A DNA stretch of 64,000 bases from Anaerolineae bacterium. Lineage in GTDB: Bacteria > Desulfobacterota > Desulfobacteria > Desulfobacterales > ETH-SRB1. Made by a program: the position numbers and the translations under genes. The notes below the pieces were generated by a model that worked only from the letters and a program-made list of their open reading frames with translations, did no database searches and was not told the origin of the DNA. The stretch spans positions 9,650 through 73,649 of the forward strand of contig DATKWZ010000016.1 of NCBI GenBank assembly GCA_035529315.1, given 5' to 3'. Every line of letters begins with the position of its first letter. The first letter of the stretch is position 1. Below are positions 53,487 through 63,100 of the stretch, in pieces.

Positions 53487-54412
53487 GTTCAGCAAGCAAT
53501 TTGAAAAAGGTGTTGACATCCGGACAGTTTGCCGTAACAGCGGAACTGGGTCCCCCAAAAAATGCAGATGCAGAAGTTATTCGCGCAAAGGCAAAGTTGC
53601 TTTCAGGCTGCGCTGACGCGGTAAATATTACCGACTGTCAAACCGCCATTGTCCGGATGTCGAGTATAGCGGCATCTGTTGTCTTGATGCAGGAAGGTCT
53701 GGAGCCGATAACCCAGATGACGTGCAGAGACAGGAATCGTATCGCCATTCAGAGCGATCTCCTGGGCGCTGCAGCACTGGGTCTGAAAAATTTACTCTGT
53801 CTTACAGGGGATCATCAAAAATTCGGAAATCATCCTAATTCTACCGGCGTCTTTGATATGGATTCGATCCAGCTTTTGCAGATGGTAAGGATGATGCGCG
53901 ACGAAAAGGTCTTTCAGTGTGGAGAGGAAATCAAAGGGAAAGAACCGAACTTTCTCCTGGGAGCTGCAGCCAATCCCTTTGCAGATCCGTTTGAGTTTCG
54001 AGCCCTTCGTCTGGCAAAAAAAATTGCGGCAGGCGCTCAGTTTATTCAGACGCAGATTGTTTATAACATCGATAAATTTGCCGCGTGGATGAAAGCGGTC
54101 AGAGATCTTGGACTCCATAAAAAATGTTACATTTTGGCCGGGGTTACACCTCCAAAGTCGATTGGAATGGCCAGATACATGAAAGACAATGTACCTGGCC
54201 TGGATATTCCCGACAATGTGATAGCTCGCCTCCAGGGGGCTAAAGATGCCAAAAAGGACGTGCAGGAAGAAGGGATCAATATTTGTGTAGATATTATTAA
54301 CAAGGTAAAAGAGATAGAAGGTGTGGCCGGTGTACATATCATGGCAATAGAATGGGAGAGCGCCATACCAGAGATCACGAAGCGAGCCGGCCTGCTTCCG
54401 AGACCAAGATGA
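53483..54412 (+). CDS. metF: Methylenetetrahydrofolate reductase
   Basis: FAVTAELGPPK, LCLTGDH and FIQTQIVYN motifs. Start at ATG 53483. Confidence 0.9.
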   Translation: MSSASNLKKVLTSGQFAVTAELGPPKNADAEVIRAKAKLLSGCADAVNITDCQTAIVRMSSIAASVVLMQEGLEPITQMTCRDRNRIAIQSDLLGAAALGLKNLLCLTGDHQKFGNHPNSTGVFDMDSIQLLQMVRMMRDEKVFQCGEEIKGKEPNFLLGAAANPFADPFEFRALRLAKKIAAGAQFIQTQIVYNIDKFAAWMKAVRDLGLHKKCYILAGVTPPKSIGMARYMKDNVPGLDIPDNVIARLQGAKDAKKDVQEEGINICVDIINKVKEIEGVAGVHIMAIEWESAIPEITKRAGLLPRPR

Positions 54413-54434
54413 TAAAGCGTGGGGTGCCTGACAA

Positions 54435-54494
54435 GCGCGTTCCTTAACTTTAGGCACTTTAGCTCACTTTAGGCACCTTAGCTCACTTAACTTA
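54435..54494 (+). repeat. TTTAGGCAC / TTTAGCTCAC periodic repeat (copy 2 of 2)
   Basis: GCGCGTTCCTTAACTTTAGGCACTTTAGCTCACTTTAGGCACCTTAGCTCACTTAACTTAG, ending 20 nt before the TTG start of acsD. Confidence 0.8.
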
Positions 54495-54514
54495 GATATA
54501 AGGGGGTATATAAA

Positions 54515-55471
54515 TTGTCCATAGAAATACCAAGGGTTGCTTATGCCGGAAAGATAAAAGAGATCCCGTTGGGATGTGAAGGGAATACCATAACAGTAGG
54601 TGGCGAGTCATGCTATCCGTTTCATCTGTTCGAAGGGGCTATGACGCATGCTCCTAAAATAGCGATGGAGGTGTATGACAGGGCGCCTGTGGATTGGCCC
54701 GATATAGTGCTGGAACCGTTTGCCGATGTTGCAGATGATCCTGTGGCATGGGCTCGAAAATGTGTCGATACTTATGGGGCTGAAATGATAGCGCTGCAAC
54801 TGGCAAGCACTGATCCGAATGCTGAGGACATACCGGCTGACGAGGCCGCCGCGATTACAAAAAAAGTCGCTGATGCGGTGGATGTTCCTTTGATTGTTTT
54901 TGGAAGTTCAAATGTGGATAAAGATACCGAGGTATTAAGGGCGGTTTGCGAGGCGTGTGAGGGGAAAAACCTGATTATAGGCCCTCTATCGGAAGGAAAC
55001 TATCGGGCGATCGGAGCCACGGCAATCGGTTATAAACATACTGTTATGGCTTCAACACCAATCGACATAAACCTGGCAAAGCAGCTCAATATCCTTTTGG
55101 GAAACTTGAACGTTCCTGACGATAAGATCATTATTGATCCGACGACCGGCGCTCTTGGATACGGGCTTGAGTATTGTTACAGCGTAATGGAACGAATCCG
55201 AATGGCCGCGCTTGTTCAGAACGACGAAAGACTCCAGTTCCCCATCATTGCCAATTTTGCAAAAGAGGTATGGAAGACAAAAGAGGTAAAAATGAGTGAA
55301 ATGGAAGCTCCGCTTTTAGGAGATCAAAAAAAGAGAGGTATATTGATGGAGGCCTTAACGGCTCAGTGCGTACTCCTTGCCGGTGCTGATATTCTGGTAA
55401 TGAGGCACCCTGAAGCTGTTAATTTAGTAAAAGAATCGATTAGAGATTTGATGATCAGAGGAGAGGGCTAA
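54515..55471 (+). CDS. acsD: Corrinoid iron-sulfur protein small subunit (CFeSP delta)
   Basis: 318-aa TIM-barrel-type protein located between metF and acsB. TTG start preceded by AAGGGGG. The call rests on family resemblance and position. Confidence 0.85.
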   Translation: MSIEIPRVAYAGKIKEIPLGCEGNTITVGGESCYPFHLFEGAMTHAPKIAMEVYDRAPVDWPDIVLEPFADVADDPVAWARKCVDTYGAEMIALQLASTDPNAEDIPADEAAAITKKVADAVDVPLIVFGSSNVDKDTEVLRAVCEACEGKNLIIGPLSEGNYRAIGATAIGYKHTVMASTPIDINLAKQLNILLGNLNVPDDKIIIDPTTGALGYGLEYCYSVMERIRMAALVQNDERLQFPIIANFAKEVWKTKEVKMSEMEAPLLGDQKKRGILMEALTAQCVLLAGADILVMRHPEAVNLVKESIRDLMIRGEG

Positions 55472-55473
55472 TA

Positions 55474-57678
55474 GTGTCTAAGATAATTTGTTCCGCAGCT
55501 ATTCGAGGCGCTCACAAGATCGTGGGTACGGCAGAGGCAAAGTGCGAGGTGGCATTAAAAAAGTGGGGGCCTGATCAAGAGATCGGATTTCCGAATACCA
55601 CCTATTATCTTCCGATTATCTACGGGATACTCGGTATTCCAGTAAAGACACTGGGGGATGCAAAGCAGGTGCTTGACAAGTGCAAGGAACTTCTTCCAGC
55701 ACAGGTAAGCGATAATGTATGGCTCCCCTATCTGGCGCCTGCATTGGAAGCCGGCATGGCTACGTTTTTCGCGGAAGAGATCATTGAGGCGATAAGATAT
55801 TTGGAAGAACCAGATTATTATACACAGGGAGAGGACCCGCTTTCTGATAATATATGGCTGGGGGCTGCCGATGACGTTATCATGCGAAAACGTGGTGTGG
55901 AATTTGTTGACGGGACAGCTCCGGGGTTTGCCGCTATATTGGGCGCTGCGCCTACCCCTGAGATTGCGGCAAAAATAGCAATAGAGCTTCAAGAAAAGAA
56001 TCTGTATGTCTTTATGTGTTCGGATCACGAAGGAAAGACCATGTCCGAGCAACTGGTAGAGGCCGGCGTTCAGATAGGCTGGCCTACCCGTCTGGTCTCT
56101 TTTGGACCGAGCTATACCGCGGCCGTGTTTGCAATGGGGTTTGCGACACGCGCCGCCATGTCATTCGGCGGGGTCAAGCCCGGAGATTTTGCAGCAAACT
56201 TACGTTATAATAAAGACAGGATTTTTGCCTTTGCAATGCCGCTTGGAACCGTGACGGATGAATGGTATGCCAATGCAGCCGGAGCCATCAACTGGGGCTT
56301 CCCCACCATAGCCGACACACCTATTCCTGAGATCCTGCCGACCGGGATATGCACCTATGAACATGTGGTCAGCAACGTGCCGCATGATCAGATAGTCGCC
56401 AGGGCAATTGAAGTTCGGGGGTTAAAGGTAGCTATAACCAAGGTGGATATCCCCATGTCCTATGGGCCTGCTTTTGAGGGAGAACGTATCAGAAAGGACG
56501 ATCTCTACTTTGAATGCGGCGGGGGGAGAACACTTGGAGTAGAGCTGACTATCTCTAAGAATATGTCGGAAGTTGAGGACGGAAAAATTGAAATGATCGG
56601 TCCTGACCTGGATCAGATTAAAGAGGGGGACAAACTCCCCTTTGCGGCACTGATCGAAGTAGCGGGTCGGCAGATGAAGCCGGAATTTGAGCCGATCTTA
56701 GAACGCCAGCTCCATCACCTGATTAACTATGTCCAGGGTATAATGCATATCGGACAGAGAAATATTATGTGGATACGGGTAGGAAAGGCGGCTGTTGAAA
56801 AAGGATTTTTACTCAAACATTTAGGCAAGGTAATACATGCTAAATACCATCAGGACTTTGGGAATATTATCGATAAGGTGCAGATAAAGATTTACACGGA
56901 TGAAGAAAGAGTCAAAGAAGTCCTGGAAATGGCAAACAGGCTGTATAAAGAAAGAGATAGTCGGGTTGAGAATATGACCGACGAAACAGAAGAGACCTTC
57001 TATTCATGTACCCTGTGTCAGTCATTTGCCCCGAGCCATGTCTGCGTAATTACGCCGGAACGAACAGGGATGTGCGGCGCTTACAACTGGCTCGACTGCA
57101 AGGTCTCTTATGAAATCAACCCTACAGGCCCAAATCAACCGATCAAAAAGGGAGAATGTACCAATCCGATAACTGGCCAGTGGAAAGGAATCAACGATTT
57201 TGTATTCAATGCCTCGCGCCAACAAATTGAGCAGGTAAGCGCTTACAGCTTGATGGAGTCACCGATGACTGCGTGTGGGTGCTTTGAGTGCGTGGCGACA
57301 ATCCTTCCCCTGTGCAATGGCATTATGATAGTAAACAGGAATTTTATGGGCATGACACCCTGCGGCATGAAATTTACTACCCTGGCCGGAATGGTGGGCG
57401 GCGGAAACCAGACACCCGGTTTTTTAGGAGTAAGCAAACATTACATTTGCAGCAGAAAATTTCTCAAGGCCGAAGGAGGCTTAAAGCGTGTGGTATGGTT
57501 GCCTAAAATGTTAAAAGAGGAGATCGCCGAACGGATAAAACCGATATGCGAAGAAATGGGGATTCCAAATTTCCCTGAGATGATAGCCGATGAAACAATC
57601 GGAACCACGGAAGAGGAGATCCTTCCGTTTCTCGAAGAAAAAGGGCATCCGGCTCTTACCATGGATCCGTTGATGTAG
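55474..57678 (+). CDS. acsB: CO-methylating acetyl-CoA synthase (ACS, A-cluster subunit)
   Basis: 734 aa. A-cluster cysteines are present (CTLCQSFAPSHVC and SPMTACGCFEC). GTG start 2 nt after the acsD stop. Confidence 0.95.
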   Translation: MSKIICSAAIRGAHKIVGTAEAKCEVALKKWGPDQEIGFPNTTYYLPIIYGILGIPVKTLGDAKQVLDKCKELLPAQVSDNVWLPYLAPALEAGMATFFAEEIIEAIRYLEEPDYYTQGEDPLSDNIWLGAADDVIMRKRGVEFVDGTAPGFAAILGAAPTPEIAAKIAIELQEKNLYVFMCSDHEGKTMSEQLVEAGVQIGWPTRLVSFGPSYTAAVFAMGFATRAAMSFGGVKPGDFAANLRYNKDRIFAFAMPLGTVTDEWYANAAGAINWGFPTIADTPIPEILPTGICTYEHVVSNVPHDQIVARAIEVRGLKVAITKVDIPMSYGPAFEGERIRKDDLYFECGGGRTLGVELTISKNMSEVEDGKIEMIGPDLDQIKEGDKLPFAALIEVAGRQMKPEFEPILERQLHHLINYVQGIMHIGQRNIMWIRVGKAAVEKGFLLKHLGKVIHAKYHQDFGNIIDKVQIKIYTDEERVKEVLEMANRLYKERDSRVENMTDETEETFYSCTLCQSFAPSHVCVITPERTGMCGAYNWLDCKVSYEINPTGPNQPIKKGECTNPITGQWKGINDFVFNASRQQIEQVSAYSLMESPMTACGCFECVATILPLCNGIMIVNRNFMGMTPCGMKFTTLAGMVGGGNQTPGFLGVSKHYICSRKFLKAEGGLKRVVWLPKMLKEEIAERIKPICEEMGIPNFPEMIADETIGTTEEEILPFLEEKGHPALTMDPLM

Positions 57679-57764
57679 AGGGATTGAGGGATTGTTGTTT
57701 AATAATCTGTGGAAATATGCGAAATCTATGGATGAATTCAGGAATTTAGGGGGAAAGAATAATT

Positions 57765-59111
57765 ATGGGACTTTCGGGAATAGAGATATTTAAAAAACTA
57801 CCAAAGACAAATTGCGGCAAGTGTGGGGTTCCTACCTGCCTGGCTTTTGCCATGAAATTGGCTACGGGTAAGGCTGAACTTGACGCGTGCCCGGATTTGT
57901 CTGAAGATATGAAAGAAGAACTCGGGGAGGCCTCGGCTCCTCCTGTAAGAACAGTGGTTATCGGTATTGGTGAACGCGCGGTAAAACTGGGCGGGGAAAC
58001 AGTTCTGTTCCGTCACGAGAAGCGGTTTGAAAATCCCCCTGCATTTACCCTTCTCCTTTCGGACAAGATGGATAAGGCTGAAATTTCGGCTAAACTAACC
58101 AAGTTTAAAGAAACCACCTATGAACGCGTCGGCATTGTGCTGCGGCCTGCAATGGTTGCCGTTAAAGGAGAATCCAAAGATACCGCCTTATTTATGGCAT
58201 TGGTTGAAAAGGTCTGTAATGATACAGATGCGGCGCTTGTGCTGATGAACGAAGATACAGATGCGCTTTCACAGGCTGCCAAAACCTGTTCAAACAGAAA
58301 GCCGCTCCTTTATGCCGCTACCAGGGAAAATGTGGAAACACTGGGAAACCTTGCCAGGGAACTTTCATGTCCGTTAGCGGTTAAAGGAAATAGCCTGGAG
58401 GAGCTGGCAGAACTCTCTGAAAAACTGATCAAAATGGGGCTTAAGGATCTGATTCTTGATTCAGGGGCAAGAACCGCGGGAAAGTCCCTGGAAGATCAGA
58501 TTATTATCCGAAGATCAGCATTGATGAAAAAATTTAAGCCCTTTGGATTTCCTACAATTGTCTTCCCGTGTGAAATGACCGACAACCCGATGAAAGAAGC
58601 GATGATCGCCTGTCAGATGGTTGTAAAATACGGCAGCATCATTATTCTCTCTGAAATAGAAGGCCACAGCATCTTCCCGCTTCTCCTTGCGAGTATGAAT
58701 ATCTTTACGGATCCGCAAAGGCCTATGGCCGTCGAACAAAAGATTTATGAGATCGGCGCTACAAATGAAAATTCACCTGTTCTTATTACAGGAAATTTTT
58801 CTCTTACCTATTTTATTGTTTCAGGTGAGATAGATGCAAGCCGTGTGCCGTCATATCTATTGATTAAGGACACAGAGGGCCTTTCGGTCTTAACCGCATG
58901 GGCTGCCGGCAAATTCGGAGCAGACACCATTGCGCCCTTTGTAAAGAAATGCGGTATTGAGGAGAAGGTCAAACATCGCAAATTGGTGATTCCGGGTTAT
59001 CTTGCATCCATCAGCGGAGAGCTGGAAGAAGAGCTTCCGGGTTGGGAAATTCTCATCGGGCCGAGAGAGGCAAGCCATCTGCCTGCCTATTTGAAACAAT
59101 GGAGCGCGTGA
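57765..59111 (+). CDS. acsC: Corrinoid iron-sulfur protein large subunit (CFeSP gamma)
   Basis: N-terminal [4Fe-4S] motif LPKTNCGKCGVPTCLAFAMKL...ACP. 448 aa. Confidence 0.95.
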   Translation: MGLSGIEIFKKLPKTNCGKCGVPTCLAFAMKLATGKAELDACPDLSEDMKEELGEASAPPVRTVVIGIGERAVKLGGETVLFRHEKRFENPPAFTLLLSDKMDKAEISAKLTKFKETTYERVGIVLRPAMVAVKGESKDTALFMALVEKVCNDTDAALVLMNEDTDALSQAAKTCSNRKPLLYAATRENVETLGNLARELSCPLAVKGNSLEELAELSEKLIKMGLKDLILDSGARTAGKSLEDQIIIRRSALMKKFKPFGFPTIVFPCEMTDNPMKEAMIACQMVVKYGSIIILSEIEGHSIFPLLLASMNIFTDPQRPMAVEQKIYEIGATNENSPVLITGNFSLTYFIVSGEIDASRVPSYLLIKDTEGLSVLTAWAAGKFGADTIAPFVKKCGIEEKVKHRKLVIPGYLASISGELEEELPGWEILIGPREASHLPAYLKQWSA

Positions 59112-59186
59112 AAACAATTTTGAGTTTTTAATTCTTAATTTTAAATTAATTCAACATTCAACATTTAACATTGGAGCAAAGCGACT

Positions 59187-60071
59187 ATGGTAATATGTGT
59201 TGCGGAAAATATTAATATTATGTCAAAGACGCTCGGGCCTGCAATGAAGGAGAAAAATGCCGGTCCGATTCAGGATATGGCAAGGGCTCTGACTAAAAAC
59301 AGCGCTGACTATCTTGATCTGAATATCGGACCTGCCAGAAAGGGCGGCGATGAGCTGATGGATTGGCTGGTTAAGACGGTTAAGGAAGTAACCGATCTTC
59401 CTCTTTCACTTGATACAACTAATCCGGTTGCCATGGAAGCAGGATTAAAGGCGAACATAAAAGGGAAATCATTGATAAACTCTGTTTCGCTTCAGCCTGA
59501 GCGATTGGAAAAAGGGCTTCCCATGATAATTAAGTATAATGCGGACGCGATAGGACTTCTGTGGGGAAAAGATGGAATGCCGCGGGATGCCGATGAGCGG
59601 GCTGCTATGGCAGTCGATTTTATTTACCAGGCAAATGAGGCGGAAATTTCCACCTCAAACATCTGGATCGATCCGATTGCAACGCCGATATGCGTTGATG
59701 TAAATCAGGTTTTGTCTGGTCTGGAATTCATGAGCATGTTGGGTGAAATAGCGCCTGAAGCCAAATCGATTGTAGGGCTTTCAAATGTTTCCAACGGCGC
59801 TCCGGAAAATCTCCGTCCATATCTGAATCGCGCCTATTTAATGATGCTTATGAAATATGATATTTATTCCGCAATTGTCGATGGATTTGACAATGAACTG
59901 CTCGCGATTGCCGGAGGTAAAAGGCCTGAACATGTTAAATTAGTGCATGACATAATGGACGGAAACGAACCTGACCCTGCATCCCTGGGACAAACCGAAT
60001 TGGAATATTACAAAACCACACGTGTTCTCATGGGTAAGGTTCTGTATTCACATTCGTGGTTAACCACTTAG
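59187..60071 (+). CDS. acsE: Methyl-THF:corrinoid/iron-sulfur protein methyltransferase (pterin-binding)
   Basis: Pterin-binding barrel motifs (DYLDLNIGPA, LSLDTTN, INSVS, GLSNVSNG). 294 aa. Confidence 0.9.
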   Translation: MVICVAENINIMSKTLGPAMKEKNAGPIQDMARALTKNSADYLDLNIGPARKGGDELMDWLVKTVKEVTDLPLSLDTTNPVAMEAGLKANIKGKSLINSVSLQPERLEKGLPMIIKYNADAIGLLWGKDGMPRDADERAAMAVDFIYQANEAEISTSNIWIDPIATPICVDVNQVLSGLEFMSMLGEIAPEAKSIVGLSNVSNGAPENLRPYLNRAYLMMLMKYDIYSAIVDGFDNELLAIAGGKRPEHVKLVHDIMDGNEPDPASLGQTELEYYKTTRVLMGKVLYSHSWLTT

Positions 60072-60101
60072 GATTGATGATTGTCAATCAACAATCACAA
60101 A

Positions 60102-63100
60102 ATGGCTAAGTTAGAAATAAAAATTGATGGCCGGACGTTATGGGTTGATCTTGGCACAATAATATTGGATGCCGCACTCAAGGCTGGAATTTTTATCCCA
60201 ACGCTGTGTTATATGCCCGGCAAAGACAACGAGCACCCTTGCGGAATATGTGTTGTCGAAGTCGATGGAAGAGAAGAATTGGTTCATGCCTGTTCCACCC
60301 TTGTGGAAGGCGGCATGGTGGTAACTTCTCAAAGCGATCGGGTTATAAAAGCAAGACAAGATGTTTTAGAACGGATGCTGTCGCGACATTATGGCGATTG
60401 TATTGCACCCTGTTCTCTGACATGTCCAGCCGGTATTAACATTCAGGGTTATCTCAATAGAATTGCAAAGGGTGAGTTTACAGAAGCCCTGAAACTTATC
60501 AAAGAGAAGAATCCCCTTCCTCTTTCCGTTGGAAGGGTCTGCCCACATTTTTGTGAAACTCGATGCCGCCGTATCCTGGTGGACGAATGCCTCTCTATTA
60601 ATCATCTAAAGCGATTTGTGGCGGATTTTTCTATCTATCACAAAGAAACGCGTGCTTTGCCTCCTCTCCCATCTTCCGGACACAGTGTTGCGGTGATCGG
60701 TGGTGGGCCTGCCGGGCTCTCCGCTGCTTATTATACGGCCCATATGGGGCATGAGGTAACTATATTCGAGGCAATGCCTCAATTAGGCGGAATGCTTCGT
60801 TATGGGATTCCGGAATTTCGTCTTCCCAGAAAGATCGTTAACAAAGAGATAGAGGATATACTCAGAGCAGGTGTTCGCCCACAAACCGGAAAGAGGCTGG
60901 GAGTTGACTTTACCATTAAGAGCCTTAAGGAGGATGGTTTTAAGGCTATTTTTATCGGTATCGGCGCCTGGCAGAATGAACAGTTGGGTATCGATGGAGA
61001 GAACATTGAAGGGGTTATTTCAGGTATTGATTTTCTCAAGAGTATAAGCCTTGGACAGATGCCGTCCATAGGCCAGAGGGTAGCCGTGATCGGAGGGGTT
61101 GACATAGCCGTAGATACGGCCAGGACATGTGTAAGGATGGACCTGGATGAAGTTGTCGTCATATATCAACGTTCGATGATGGAAATGCCGGCAAGCCATC
61201 GAGAAGTCATTGAAGCCGAAAAAGAGGGTGTCAAGTTTATATTTATGACAGGGGTTACAAAGATAAAGAAAGAGAAAGATTTTCTCAGGCTTGAAACAGT
61301 CCGTATGAAGTTGAGTCAGCCGGATAAGAGTGGAAAGCGCTGGCCGATTCCTGATCCGGGATCCGAAGAGACCTGTGAAGTAGATAATGTGATTGTAGCG
61401 ACCGGACAGACCCCTGATCTTTCCTGGATGGAGATGTTGGATGAAGGGGTGAAACCGCATGTCCTTCCCGGGGGAACTATTGTTGCCGTTCCTCAAACGC
61501 TTCAGACTTCGGAGAAGGGAGTCTTTGCAGGAGGTGACGTGGTACGCGGCCCAAGAACGGTTATCCAGGCAATCAATGGGGGAAGAAAGGCGGCCAGATC
61601 AATCGATATATATCTTAGAAAAAAACCCTTATACCATCCCAAACGGCAGATCAATTTCACAAAAGGTAAAAAGTTCGAAGATATTGATCTGCATAACTTT
61701 GAAGGTATTCCGATCGGCCTGGGAGAAAAGATGCCTGTAAGGGCGCCGGAAAGACGCGTCCGGGATTTTGATGAGATCGAATTGGGATTTACTGAGGAGA
61801 CCGCGTTTCGGGAATCGAAACGATGCTTGCAGTGTGGATGCGCAGCTCTTTCTAAATGTAAATTGCGTGAATTATCCATAGAATATGGGGTGAGGTTTCC
61901 TGTGTCCGAAATGCTGCGTAGGCGCCAGTACGGAATCGACAGCCATCATCCTTTTATTATTATTGATCCGAACAAGTGTATATTCTGCCAGCGTTGCAAG
62001 AATAGCTGTGAATATGGTGCATTGGAATTAGAGGGGACCGGGTTTGACGAAAACGGATTCCCCGAACGCATTGCCATTATAATTAACGACAGGTGCGTTT
62101 CTTGCGGCGCTTGCGTGGATAACTGTCCAGCCGGCGCTCTGACAAAAAAATCGGTCGACTTTCCTGTTGTCCCCGGTGAAATCAAAAAAGTCAAAACAGT
62201 CTGCCCGTTCTGCGGTTGCGGATGTACCATTGACTTGAACATGAAAGGAAACTCAATTGTTGAAGTAACCGCTGATCCTGAAGATGGCCCCAATTTTGGG
62301 AATCTCTGTGTAAAGGGGAGATTTGGAAATGAATTTGTTCGTCATCCGGATCGGTTAAAAAAACCGCTTATCCGAAAAAGGGGATATTTTTGGGAGGCAA
62401 GCTGGGAAGATGTGATCTCTCATGTCGCCCAAAAGTTTTTGGAAATAAGGGATAATGATCCTGACAGCTTGGCTGGTTTGAGTTCGGCGAAGTGCACCAA
62501 TGAGGAAAATTATCTTATGCAGAAATTTATGCGCGCAGTGGTTGGCACCAACAATGTGGACCACTGTGCGCGGCTCTGTCACGCGTCTACAGTGGCCGGT
62601 TTAGCCCAGTCTTTTGGGAGCGGGGCAATGACCAACCCGATAGCCGATTTTAAAAAGGCTGATGTAATCCTCCTTACAGGGAGCAATCCCACTGAAAATC
62701 ACCCCGTCATAGCCCTTGGGATGATAAAGGCCATACAGGAAAACGGAACAAAACTGATTGTGGTCGATCCCCGGGAGATAGAAATGGTGCAGTATGCTGA
62801 AATCTGGCTCCGTCCAAAGCCTGGTACGGATGTGGTCTGGTTAAACGGAATGATGCATGTAATTATAGATGAAGAACTGTATGATATCTCTTATGTGGCA
62901 GACAAAACAGAAAACTTTATGGCCTTGAAAGAGACGGTAATGCGATACAACCCGGAATTTGTTGAATTGATCACCGGTATACCGTCTGAAGATTTGAGAA
63001 AGGCCGCACGTCTTTATGCCAAAGCCGGAAGAGGGTCTATTGCATATGCCATGGGCATCACCCAGCACGCATTTGGCACTGACAATGTTAAATCGATTGC

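Noticed and set aside
53792-54457. 221-aa ORF antisense to metF
   Set aside because: The MetF motifs and the ATGA coupling to metV define the + strand gene. The antisense ORF extends into the intergenic repeat and has no start context.
62577-62579. Selenocysteine recoding in the formate dehydrogenase
   Set aside because: The codon at the active-site position is TGT (Cys), not TGA. No in-frame TGA interrupts the ORF within the window.
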